The notes under the pieces are model-generated. The model did no database searches, was not told the origin of the DNA, and saw nothing but the letters and a program-made list of their open reading frames with translations. Shown one piece after another: positions 46,702 to 58,026 of a DNA stretch of 64,000 nt. Source of the stretch: a virus (lineage: Duplodnaviria; Caudoviricetes); the IMG/VR virus record IMGVR_UViG_3300024346_000005. The stretch is one strand, 5' to 3'. Made by a program: the position numbers and the translations under genes. Positions within the stretch are counted from its first letter, which is position 1. Each line of letters opens with the position of its first letter.

Positions 46702-47487
46702 ATGGATACTAATTATGGGTGGGATATTGATTCCAAAGATAGTGGAGAATATATTAATACTTGTAAAAAAATTATTGAAGATTCTAATATATTTGATAAT
46801 TTTAAATCGTCCAAAGAATATAATGTTATTCTGGAGCATGTTCATTATGAATTGGGATTACAATATTATGATCATATTCAAAAAGTTGGCAAAGAAATCT
46901 ATGACAAATATTTGAATAAATTTTTAGAAAATGATCAAATAGGAAATCCAAATCAATTTTTCTATGGGGACGGTAAAATATCACCGACCACTCTTAGATA
47001 TATTAAAAATTGTTTAGATTTATCTTTTCTTTGTGATGATCAAAGTGTATCTAAAATTGTTGAAGTTGGTGGTGGGTATGGTGGTTTGTGTAAAACTTTG
47101 AGCGTTCTATGTAACTTTAATGAGTATTTAAATATTGATCTTCCCGAAACAGTATTGCTTCAAGAAAAATACTTAAAAAATTTCTCTGAAATATACCCAA
47201 AAATTAAATTCGTTCCCTGTAATGAATTGGAGGATATTTCTAATATTGATCTTTTTATTAGTAATTATTCTCTCTCCGAACTTACGATTGAAACTCAACT
47301 AAATTATTACAATAAAATTATTAAAAATAGTAAAATAATTTATATTACATACAATTTGATTACCAATGATTCCATGAATAATTATAATATTCTCATATCA
47401 AAATTGAAAGATGATGGGTTTAAACTTGAAGATAATTATTTTGATTATGGCAGTCATAAAAATACAATAATAGTTGGAAAAAAATGA
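46702..47487 (+). CDS. putative sugar O-methyltransferase
   Basis: SPTTLRY, IVEVGGGYGG, IDLP, LFISNYSLSE. Confidence 0.8.
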   Translation: MDTNYGWDIDSKDSGEYINTCKKIIEDSNIFDNFKSSKEYNVILEHVHYELGLQYYDHIQKVGKEIYDKYLNKFLENDQIGNPNQFFYGDGKISPTTLRYIKNCLDLSFLCDDQSVSKIVEVGGGYGGLCKTLSVLCNFNEYLNIDLPETVLLQEKYLKNFSEIYPKIKFVPCNELEDISNIDLFISNYSLSELTIETQLNYYNKIIKNSKIIYITYNLITNDSMNNYNILISKLKDDGFKLEDNYFDYGSHKNTIIVGKK

Positions 47488-48200
47488 AAATCTGTATTCT
47501 TACTATTGCAACAAACAAATACATTCAGTTTGTTGAAAGACTTCTTGATGATATTGAGAAAAACTTTCTTGATGGTCATGATATTCAATGCCTTCTTTTT
47601 ACTGATCATGAAGTAGAAACTTCTGATAATGTAAAGGTTTCTCAAATAGGGCATAAACCTTGGCCAGAACCTGCTCTTAAAAAATATAACTATATTAATT
47701 CAGAATCAGAATATCTGAAAGATTTTGACTATCTTTATTTGTTTGATGCCGATGTTGGTATTGTTAACACTGTTGGTGAAGAGGTATTGCAAGATCTTGT
47801 TGGGGTTCTTCACCCATATAAGATTTTGGAATCAAAGAAAATATATCCATACGAAAAACGAAAAGAATCTACGGCATATGTTTCTGACCAAAATTATGAT
47901 AAGTATTATGCTGCCGCATTTGTTGGTGGAAAGTCTTCCATATTTTTAAAGATGGCAAAGACTATTGCTGAAAGAGTTGAAGAAGATGATAGAAATGGTA
48001 TTATAGCAAAGTGGCATGATGAGAGTCATTTGAACAAATACTTTAATGAGAATCCTCCAACTGCATTGTCTCCAAGTTATATGTTTCCAGAAGAACTCAT
48101 CAATCATCCCCAATATCCATTTGAACCAAAAATAGTTGCTTTGAAAAAAGAAAGTTCTTTTAATCAAGAAAAAATTCAAATGGGACAGTATCCAGTATGA
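47484..48200 (+). CDS. GT6 (ABO-type) glycosyltransferase
   Basis: IATNKY, FTD, WP, DAD, YY.AAF.GG, WHDESHLNKYF. Confidence 0.88.
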   Translation: MKICILTIATNKYIQFVERLLDDIEKNFLDGHDIQCLLFTDHEVETSDNVKVSQIGHKPWPEPALKKYNYINSESEYLKDFDYLYLFDADVGIVNTVGEEVLQDLVGVLHPYKILESKKIYPYEKRKESTAYVSDQNYDKYYAAAFVGGKSSIFLKMAKTIAERVEEDDRNGIIAKWHDESHLNKYFNENPPTALSPSYMFPEELINHPQYPFEPKIVALKKESSFNQEKIQMGQYPV

Positions 48201-48907
48201 AAATTGATTTGAGAAAAATTCCTGCTGTTTATATGAATCTCAAACAGCACGAAGAAAAAAATGAGAAGATGCAAACACTTCTTGATAAATGTGGTTTTGA
48301 GACTAGAATTAAAGTTGAGGGTAATTATAGACCAGACAATCCTCCGGCAGGATGTGCTGGTGCTCACTATATTGGGTTATGTGAAATTGATCCTCCATTT
48401 GTTTTGTTTGAGGATGATTGCCTTTTATATAACTTTGAACCTATCATAGAAGTTCCTGATGATGCAGATGCTGTTTATCTTGGAACATCACAGTGGGCAA
48501 GATACTTCTCTTTTTCTGGACCTTTCGTTCATTATGATATTGTTGATGACAATATCGTTAGGGTCTACAATATGCTTAGTGGACATGCTATATTGTATTT
48601 GACTCAAGAATATGTTAGAATGTGTCAAAGAATATCACACCATGCTTCTGAAGTCATTGGATATAATCAAGATACTGGGTTTGCTGAAGTTCAAAAATAT
48701 TTTAATATCTATTCTGTAAACAATCCTTTCTTTAAACAGAGTGGATATAATAATGCAGTTACTAGTTGTAAAGTAACAGATATTGGAATTCATGTGAGTG
48801 ATGCTCAAAGATTTTTTGATAGTGTTAAATGTGACCTTTCTAGATTGCAAGGTGTACCCGATTTAAGTGGGGCTCCAAGTACATATCATCCATTAAAAAT
48901 TGTATAA
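48197..48907 (+). CDS. GT25-like glycosyltransferase
   Basis: YMNL, GCAGAH, LFEDD, GHAILY. Confidence 0.7.
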   Translation: MKIDLRKIPAVYMNLKQHEEKNEKMQTLLDKCGFETRIKVEGNYRPDNPPAGCAGAHYIGLCEIDPPFVLFEDDCLLYNFEPIIEVPDDADAVYLGTSQWARYFSFSGPFVHYDIVDDNIVRVYNMLSGHAILYLTQEYVRMCQRISHHASEVIGYNQDTGFAEVQKYFNIYSVNNPFFKQSGYNNAVTSCKVTDIGIHVSDAQRFFDSVKCDLSRLQGVPDLSGAPSTYHPLKIV

Positions 48908-48911
48908 TATT

Positions 48912-49673
48912 ATGGTAGTTCAAATTTTTACTTCAGTAGTAAATCGTCCTGATTTTGTGAGTCTACAAAATAAACTATTCCAAAAGTTTCTTAAAAAAGA
49001 TTATCAGTTTCATATTGTAGACGATTCAATTGATTCTGAGATTTCTGATCAATTTCAGTCAATTTGTTTGGAAAATCAGTTTTCTTATTATAAAAAACCA
49101 GAAAGAAAAAATCCAATGAATCCTGCTCAAGCATGTGCGGATACGGTTCAGTGGACTTATGATAATATCATTAGAAAAAATCATTTAGATGATATTGTTT
49201 TCTTCTGTGATTCTGATTTGTTTTTGATTGATGAATTTAATATTGAGGATTATATGAGTGATGCTATTATTGCAGGACTTCCACAAAAGAGGGGAGAAGT
49301 TACTTATATGTGGAATGGGATAATGTTTTTTAATATGCCTAAGATAACTGATTTGGATATTAATTTTTCTGATGGTGTTGTTGAAGGTGAGATGACCGAT
49401 GTTGGTGGGCATACGTATTATTATTTTAAGAAAAATAATATTGAGATGAAAAAAACTGATGAAGAGTTCCCACTATACCCAACTCATTTTGGGGATATTG
49501 AAATTCAAAATGATGAAGTAACCAAAGGTTATAACTTTGAATTGCATTTAGGTGGTAAGTTCCTTCACTACCGTGCCGCAACTAACTGGCATTCCAACTG
49601 GAGAGATTCTAATGATCCTTTATTTAAAAAAACTGAGATCTTTAATACAATTATAGGGGAACTTTTAAAATGA
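48912..49673 (+). CDS. putative glycosyltransferase
   Basis: IVDDS, FCDSDLF, DVGG; island context. Confidence 0.55.
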   Translation: MVVQIFTSVVNRPDFVSLQNKLFQKFLKKDYQFHIVDDSIDSEISDQFQSICLENQFSYYKKPERKNPMNPAQACADTVQWTYDNIIRKNHLDDIVFFCDSDLFLIDEFNIEDYMSDAIIAGLPQKRGEVTYMWNGIMFFNMPKITDLDINFSDGVVEGEMTDVGGHTYYYFKKNNIEMKKTDEEFPLYPTHFGDIEIQNDEVTKGYNFELHLGGKFLHYRAATNWHSNWRDSNDPLFKKTEIFNTIIGELLK

Positions 49674-50308
49674 AACATTTTCTAGATCTTGGTGCTCATA
49701 AATTAGAAGGTTTAAAGGAATTTACCGAAAAGTTGAATATTAATAAAGAATGGAATGTTTATTCCTATGAGCCCAATATTTTAGTTCATGAAGAATCTGA
49801 AAAAATTATTGAAACTATAAAAAATAATTATGCATATTTTGAATTTAATAAAAAGGCAGTTATGGATGAAAGTGGAACAATAACCTTTAATGGGCATAAA
49901 GGTGCTTGGAAAGATCAAACTAAATCTGATTTTATGGAGGGATACACTACTGGATCAAATGCTTTAGATACTAATCCATTGATTGATATTGGTAATGGTG
50001 TGATTTTTGATGTTTTTCAATATGATGTTGAATGTGTTGATATTGATGATATCTTAGAGAGTATTTGTAATAAAGATTCTGAGGCAGAGATTTACATTAA
50101 ATGTGATATTGAAGGATCTGAATTTGTAGTTCTTCCTAAAATTATTGAATCTGAATATGTACATTATATCAAAGAGATGTATATTGAATGGCATGAGCGT
50201 ATGTGGTTTCATGAAGGAAATGTGGGAATTATCAATAAACAAAAAGAAAGACAAGTTTATACTTCTAATCTTAAAAAATTAGGAATTAAGTGTTTCGTTC
50301 ATCATTAA
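49670..50308 (+). CDS. FkbM-family methyltransferase
   Basis: FLDLGAH, YEPN, IKCDIEGSE, IEWH. Confidence 0.85.
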   Translation: MKHFLDLGAHKLEGLKEFTEKLNINKEWNVYSYEPNILVHEESEKIIETIKNNYAYFEFNKKAVMDESGTITFNGHKGAWKDQTKSDFMEGYTTGSNALDTNPLIDIGNGVIFDVFQYDVECVDIDDILESICNKDSEAEIYIKCDIEGSEFVVLPKIIESEYVHYIKEMYIEWHERMWFHEGNVGIINKQKERQVYTSNLKKLGIKCFVHH

Positions 50309-50309
50309 T

Positions 50310-51101
50310 ATGGATAAAAATAAAGCGGCATATAAATTAAAAAATCTTTCTCCGGTATATTATCTTAATCTTGATGGGCAACCAGAAAGAAAGGAATATA
50401 TGGAAGAGCAGTTTAAGTATTGGGAGATTGAAGATTATACTCGTATCTCTGCGTATGATGGAAGAGAAGATGACCTGAGTGATATTATAAAAGGTCGCTA
50501 TCCTGAGAATATGACCTCTGGTGAGATTGGGTGTACAACTTCTCATCTCAAGGCACTCCAGCACTGGATAGAGACCTCTGACAGTCCTTATGCAGTTATT
50601 ATGGAAGATGATGTGGATTTACAACTTGCCAGATGCTGGAACTTTACCTGGAATGATATTATTGCCAAGGTTCCTTATGATTATGATGTAATTCAACTTG
50701 CCATTATCTGTACTGGTGATTTGCATGTAAAACTTCATAAGAGATTTGTGAATGATTTTTCAACTGCTGCTTATATGATTACTCGTCACCATGCCGAAAA
50801 GATTCTAAGGCATCATGTTCGTGGAGATAAGTATAAGTTAGATAATGGTGTAAAACCCAGAGCAGTTGCGGACGACTTGATTTACAATTCTGGCAATACC
50901 TTTTCTATTCCTCTGTTCCTTTATAAGATTTCTTTAGGTTCTTCTATTCATCCTGAGCACATTGATGTCTTTCATCGTCAGAGTCACGATGGTCTCCTCA
51001 ACTTTTGGGAGAACCAGGGTGCTGATATGACAATTGATGACCTGATGAACTATGACCCTTATCTGGGAAGAATCACAAATCCCTCCCCGCCACCAAGTTA
51101 G
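50310..51101 (+). CDS. GT25 glycosyltransferase
   Basis: YYLNLD...ER, GEIGCTTSH, IMEDD, STAAYMI. Confidence 0.85.
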   Translation: MDKNKAAYKLKNLSPVYYLNLDGQPERKEYMEEQFKYWEIEDYTRISAYDGREDDLSDIIKGRYPENMTSGEIGCTTSHLKALQHWIETSDSPYAVIMEDDVDLQLARCWNFTWNDIIAKVPYDYDVIQLAIICTGDLHVKLHKRFVNDFSTAAYMITRHHAEKILRHHVRGDKYKLDNGVKPRAVADDLIYNSGNTFSIPLFLYKISLGSSIHPEHIDVFHRQSHDGLLNFWENQGADMTIDDLMNYDPYLGRITNPSPPPS

Positions 51102-51121
51102 GGTCTTCTGACTCGGGGCAC

Positions 51122-51150
51122 TTGACATTGCCCTCCTTTGCCTATATAAT
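51122..51150 (+). promoter_or_regulatory. consensus sigma70 promoter for the hli cluster
   Basis: TTGACA, 17-nt spacer, TATAAT. Confidence 0.75.
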
Positions 51151-51174
51151 GACATAGTTCTTAATGAAACTACG

Positions 51175-51384
51175 ATGACCGTTACGACCAATGAGCACGG
51201 GCAACAAAACCTGTTCGCAAAGGAACCTGAAATGTATGTGTCTCCAACTGATGCAGAGCGTTATGCACTTGAGACTTATGCAGAGAAGGCAGAAAAAGCA
51301 AATTCAAGATGGGCGATGCTAGGATTTGTTGCCGCAGTTGTTTCTTATGCACTCACAGGACACCTATTCTTTGGTGTAATCTGA
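51175..51384 (+). CDS. hli: high-light-inducible protein
   Basis: AEKANSRWAMLGF chlorophyll-binding motif; NLFAKEP. Confidence 0.9.
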   Translation: MTVTTNEHGQQNLFAKEPEMYVSPTDAERYALETYAEKAEKANSRWAMLGFVAAVVSYALTGHLFFGVI

Positions 51385-51470
51385 TGAACGAACTCATTTT
51401 TACCGTAACGATTATTTCTTTTCTTGTGCTTCTGGCACACTCTATCAATCAACTTTCCGACACTTACTAA
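51384..51470 (+). CDS. 28-aa hydrophobic micro-ORF
   Basis: MNELIFTVTIISFLVLLAHSINQLSDTY; TGATG overlap. Confidence 0.45.
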   Translation: MNELIFTVTIISFLVLLAHSINQLSDTY

Positions 51471-51481
51471 GGAGAAACAAA

Positions 51482-51601
51482 ATGAAATTTGGATTTACTG
51501 AAACTGCCGAACTTTGGAATGGAAGACTTGCTATGCTTGGATTCGTAATTGCTGTAGGTACTTATCTTACCACCGGGCAAATTCTTCCGGGAGTATGGTG
51601 A
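51482..51601 (+). CDS. hli: second, short high-light-inducible protein (39 aa, not in ORF track)
   Basis: AELWNGRLAMLGF; AAGGAG ribosome-binding site. Confidence 0.92.
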   Translation: MKFGFTETAELWNGRLAMLGFVIAVGTYLTTGQILPGVW

Positions 51602-51684
51602 CTTCTGATATTATCGCAATATTCTGTGGAATACTTATATCGGCAATACTACTAAATGTATTGAAACTCTCAAATAAAAAATAG
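51598..51684 (+). CDS. hydrophobic micro-ORF
   Basis: VTSDIIAIFCGILISAILLNVLKLSNKK; GTGA overlap. Confidence 0.4.
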   Translation: MTSDIIAIFCGILISAILLNVLKLSNKK

Positions 51685-51729
51685 CAATATCAATCCTTCT
51701 TTCTAAATACGGAGAGAAGGATTTTTTGT

Positions 51730-51891
51730 ATGCCCAGAGGACAATTGACTAAAGAAGAAATGAAGTATCAGGTCCTAAAGTTGAAGCAGAAACTTCAGAA
51801 CGAACAGATTACTTATACCTCAGACCCCAAAGCACTTGCGGACCAATACTTGAATATGGTTCTGGATAAAATTAACGAATATTCCTGCTGA
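51730..51891 (+). CDS. hypothetical protein (53 aa, not in ORF track)
   Basis: MPRGQLTKEEMK...; CTAAATA in the upstream hairpin loop. Confidence 0.6.
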   Translation: MPRGQLTKEEMKYQVLKLKQKLQNEQITYTSDPKALADQYLNMVLDKINEYSC

Positions 51892-51973
51892 CAAAGGGTT
51901 CTTATTTATACTGTGCCAGTTAGGTAATTGGACCTATTGACAGGATTTGCTGACAGTGTTATTATATATACAT

Positions 51974-52109
51974 ACACGGGGTTAAGAACCGTGTCTTCTC
52001 CAACCGGGATCACGAGAAGTAAAGCATCCCTCATATCCACGATAGAGGGTGTCGTGGAGTATACTGTACCCAGTTCGTCCCCCGAACTCATATTTACCCT
52101 TTTAATTAA
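51974..52109 (+). ncRNA. structured psbA leader, PhotoRC-II-like
   Basis: Hairpins ACACGG/CCGTGT and CTTCTC/GAGAAG; pseudoknot CCCTC/GAGGG with TCCACGAT/GTCGTGGA; AGTTCG/CGAACT. Confidence 0.65.
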
Positions 52110-54565
<2,456 letters not shown>

Positions 54566-54572
54566 TATAATT

Positions 54573-54600
54573 GAGAGATCCTTTACGGGTCTCTTTTTTT
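54573..54600 (+). terminator. terminator after psbA
   Basis: GAGAGATCC-TTTAC-GGGTCTCT plus T run. Confidence 0.8.
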
Positions 54601-54653
54601 ATGCTATAATGGACTTTAAGATTTTATAAATAGTTAAAAGATTAAACACCATA

Positions 54654-55175
54654 ATGAGAACCACGAAGATTTGTAGAACCTGCACCAAAGAACTTCCCAC
54701 TTCTGATTTTAGAGAAGGTCGTAGAAGGTGCATTAGATGTGAAGAAAAAACCTATGCCGAAAACTGGTCTAATAAAACTCACATTACTTGTAATAAATGT
54801 GGTGTAGAAAAACTAATTTCCGAATACTACAAAGGTCATAAGAGATGTAAGGAATGTTATAGTAAAGATTATAAGGATAAAAAACCTTCTTATGATGATA
54901 AGAAGAATTATATGTTAAAATATACTTATGGTGAAGATTTTGGATTGGAGCAATACAAAAACATCTTACAAGAACAGAATGAAGTATGTGCTATTTGCTT
55001 TAATCCAAATACTAATGGTAGAAAAGATAGTAACAACCTTTATGTAGACCACGACCATAAGACAGGTAAAGTCCGGGGATTACTTTGTAGTAACTGCAAC
55101 AGAATGTTAGGATTGGTTGGAGACAACTTAAATACATTAAGTAGTGCAGTTAAATACCTACAAAAGCACCAATAA
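54654..55175 (+). CDS. free-standing endonuclease VII-family homing endonuclease (F-CphI-like)
   Basis: Repeated CxxC zinc motifs; QNEVCAIC...VDHDHKTGKVRGLLCSNCN..LG; TATAAATA at 54625. Confidence 0.85.
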   Translation: MRTTKICRTCTKELPTSDFREGRRRCIRCEEKTYAENWSNKTHITCNKCGVEKLISEYYKGHKRCKECYSKDYKDKKPSYDDKKNYMLKYTYGEDFGLEQYKNILQEQNEVCAICFNPNTNGRKDSNNLYVDHDHKTGKVRGLLCSNCNRMLGLVGDNLNTLSSAVKYLQKHQ

Positions 55176-55176
55176 G

Positions 55177-55242
55177 ATGCTAACAATCCTCACAGCCTTC
55201 ATAGCATTCGGAGTGCTCCTCTTTCTAATGTCTCTGATATAA
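55177..55242 (+). CDS. 21-aa hydrophobic micro-ORF, copy 1
   Basis: MLTILTAFIAFGVLLFLMSLI; paralogue at 56242. Confidence 0.5.
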   Translation: MLTILTAFIAFGVLLFLMSLI

Positions 55243-55272
55243 TAGAATATAAATATCTAAGAAATATAATTT

Positions 55273-56229
55273 TTGATGGAAGAACTTTCAGAATTATTTA
55301 AAATAGTTGCAGAAGAAAATAAAAAGAAAAAACTAGAGATAGAATCTTTAGTTGGTGATTCTTTTGAGACACTTTTTATTGAGCAACTGAAACCCAAAAA
55401 GAAAAAAATTATTCAAAAGAAAATACAAGAACCTCAAATTGTTGAAGTAGTAGAAGTAAAAAAAGATACTTTAATAGAAAAATCATTAGGTTTATTATCT
55501 GAACCATCAGATACTAAACATAAGAATGATCCAATTACACCATTAGATCAAAAGTTTGCCACTTTTGATGATCTTCAGAAACATTACAGCACTTTCCTTT
55601 CTCGTATTCAGCAACAACTCTCTACATTAGGTGGAGGTGGTGAAACTCAAATAAGATACTTGGATGATGTTGTTGGTGTTGCAACCAATTCAAGTAATTA
55701 TAATTCAAAATTTTTACAATGGGATTCTTCATCAAATACAGCAGAATTTGTTAATATCAATTCAGGAAATATTGTTGGTATTGTTACGGGATATTATGGA
55801 AGTTTTTATGATACCACAACACAAAATGCAGTAGGAGTTAATACATATCAACCAGTTACAATCAATACAACTGATATATCAAATCAAGTATCTATCGCAA
55901 ATAGTTCTCATATTGTCGTTGCAAACTCTGGAATATATAATATTCAATTTTCTTTACAAATTGATAAATCACAAGGTTCTCTAGCACATGTTTATATTTG
56001 GTTGAAAAAAAATGGAGTAGATGTTCCAAATAGTGCAACAGAATTAGCAGTTCAAGGAACCAATTCCGAAGTTGTTGCTGCTTGGAACTTTGTAGTATCT
56101 GCTTCTGCAAATGATTATTATGAACTTATGTGGAGTTCTACTGACGATCATATTCAAATCAAAGCAAGGACCGCAAGTGGAGTTGTTCCTGCTATTCCAT
56201 CAATCATTCTCACAGTAGTCTCTGTATAA
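55273..56229 (+). CDS. hypothetical protein with a C-terminal beta-sandwich (C1q/TNF-like) domain
   Basis: STLGGGGETQIRYLDDV linker; YGSFYD...GIYNIQFSLQ...WLKKNG.D...YELMW. Confidence 0.7.
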   Translation: MMEELSELFKIVAEENKKKKLEIESLVGDSFETLFIEQLKPKKKKIIQKKIQEPQIVEVVEVKKDTLIEKSLGLLSEPSDTKHKNDPITPLDQKFATFDDLQKHYSTFLSRIQQQLSTLGGGGETQIRYLDDVVGVATNSSNYNSKFLQWDSSSNTAEFVNINSGNIVGIVTGYYGSFYDTTTQNAVGVNTYQPVTINTTDISNQVSIANSSHIVVANSGIYNIQFSLQIDKSQGSLAHVYIWLKKNGVDVPNSATELAVQGTNSEVVAAWNFVVSASANDYYELMWSSTDDHIQIKARTASGVVPAIPSIILTVVSV

Positions 56230-56241
56230 TACACAAGATAA

Positions 56242-56307
56242 ATGCTCACAATCCTCACATCCTTCATAGCATTCGGTATGTTCCTTTTCATAATATCTCT
56301 GCTATGA
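56242..56307 (+). CDS. 21-aa hydrophobic micro-ORF, copy 2
   Basis: MLTILTSFIAFGMFLFIISLL. Confidence 0.5.
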   Translation: MLTILTSFIAFGMFLFIISLL

Positions 56308-56333
56308 TACATAAGATAAAACCATAACTCTTT

Positions 56334-57035
56334 ATGTACGACGCAACTTTTATCAGTGATATTCACCTAGGAACTCCAAGATGTAATACTGAAAAGTTTC
56401 TAAAATTTCTAAAAGAACTTAAGACTAAGAAATTAGTTTTAGTTGGTGATGTTATTGATATTCATTGTATGGAAAGATATAATACTCGTTGGACCAAAGA
56501 ACATACTGAATGCGTTCATCAAATACTCAATCTCGCAAAGAAAGGAACCGAGATTGTTTATATTCTTGGTAATCACGAAGGTATGCTACGAAGGTATTGT
56601 GACTTTGAGCACAAGAACTTTAAGATGGTTGATGCGTATGTTCATAAGGACTCAAAGGGAAATAAGTTTCTTTGTATTCACGGAGATAAGTATTCGGAGT
56701 ATTCTTCTGGGTCTTGGAAGCAACTGATGTTCAATAAAGGTTATGAATTGATTACACCATTAAGTTTATTTCTGGAAAGATTCTTTCGGTTTTCTTTGGT
56801 TTATGCTCTGAAGAATAGTGTGCGTGGAAAGAATTATATCAATCAATATGAGACCGATATTGCTTCTTATTGTGCCCAAAGAGATAAGAAATATTCTGGT
56901 GTAATCTGTGGGCACATACATTCTGGAAATATTCGTAACTTTGGTAAGGTGATGTATATGTGTTGTGGAGATTGGTGTGATAGCACCTCTGCGATTGTGG
57001 AGAAAAATGGTGTATATTGTTTGGAAAAGTATTGA
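56334..57035 (+). CDS. calcineurin-like metallophosphoesterase, LpxH-like
   Basis: SDIHLG, GDVID, GNHE, IHGD, CGHIH, GDWC. Confidence 0.85.
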   Translation: MYDATFISDIHLGTPRCNTEKFLKFLKELKTKKLVLVGDVIDIHCMERYNTRWTKEHTECVHQILNLAKKGTEIVYILGNHEGMLRRYCDFEHKNFKMVDAYVHKDSKGNKFLCIHGDKYSEYSSGSWKQLMFNKGYELITPLSLFLERFFRFSLVYALKNSVRGKNYINQYETDIASYCAQRDKKYSGVICGHIHSGNIRNFGKVMYMCCGDWCDSTSAIVEKNGVYCLEKY

Positions 57036-57091
57036 TTATTTCCTTTACAAAAACTCATAAATGACCTATAATAATCAAAAGACTTCAAAAA

Positions 57092-57406
57092 ATGAAAAAG
57101 TATAATACCGAAGATTATTTTTCTGTAATTGATAGAAGAACTGGAAGAAAGATTGTAGATTGTGCCGAGTGGTCAGATGCAATGTTGATGTTTGACCTTG
57201 ATGCACATAATCGCCAAATCACAAGTAATAAGTTTCTGATGGGTCAGGTGATTGATATTGAAATACCCAAAGCACTTCCTACGAATGAAATTGCTATCAA
57301 TACCAAACCTTATCAGGACCATCAATATGAGTGGATGGTTGATAAAATCAATCAACTGCCTCAAATCAAACTTCCAGAAGGTCAACAAAAACCTGTAGTG
57401 GTATGA
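57092..57406 (+). CDS. hypothetical protein
   Basis: 104-aa ORF. Confidence 0.7.
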   Translation: MKKYNTEDYFSVIDRRTGRKIVDCAEWSDAMLMFDLDAHNRQITSNKFLMGQVIDIEIPKALPTNEIAINTKPYQDHQYEWMVDKINQLPQIKLPEGQQKPVVV

Positions 57407-57590
57407 TGCAAAATATCAATTGGTTTAATGTTTTCTTTGATTTGTATATCATTTATTGGGGATTCAATTATGGGAGAAATAAGGAAGAATGAATCATAAG
57501 ACAACATTATCAGAACAGTTTAGTTATATTTGGATTTGTTTAAAAGAAACCATCTTAATAACTCTAAATAATCATAAGTCGCAGTAACTT

Positions 57591-57962
57591 ATGGGACCTC
57601 TCCATTCGCCTAAAGAGTATCTGTTTAATCTTTGTACAGCAAGTTCTGGGGATGCTAAACGAATATGGAGAAAAGATATCAAAGAGAGTTGGAATCATAA
57701 GTGTGCCTATTGTGAGTCCGAAGATAATCTTACAATAGATCACATAGTTCCTCAATCAAAAGGTGGATTAGATACTACTACGAATGTAGTGTGCTCTTGT
57801 CATTCTTGTAATCAATCTAAGGGGCACGAGCACTGGAAACTATGGTATGTACAGCAAGATTTTTATAGTGAAGAACGATTTGATAAAATAGAAAATTGGA
57901 TGAAACCTCCATTGCCAACTAATCTTTATTCTTATCGTCCAAGAAAAAATAATGCCTCATAA
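57591..57962 (+). CDS. HNH endonuclease-family protein
   Basis: CAYC...TIDHIVPQSKGG...NVVCSCHSCNQSKG. Confidence 0.88.
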   Translation: MGPLHSPKEYLFNLCTASSGDAKRIWRKDIKESWNHKCAYCESEDNLTIDHIVPQSKGGLDTTTNVVCSCHSCNQSKGHEHWKLWYVQQDFYSEERFDKIENWMKPPLPTNLYSYRPRKNNAS

Positions 57963-58026
57963 GGTTTTATAAATAACTCCAAGACAGTATATACTGTCTA
58001 ATTTTGATAAATACCGATTGCGATAA

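Noticed and set aside
54566-57000. Absence of psbD after psbA as an anomaly
   Set aside because: Many cyanophages carry psbA alone, and psbD could lie outside this window
57403-57587. Two tiny ORFs (57403-57492 and 57489-57587)
   Set aside because: Overlap coupling is suggestive, but at about 30 aa with no motif the support is too weak to call
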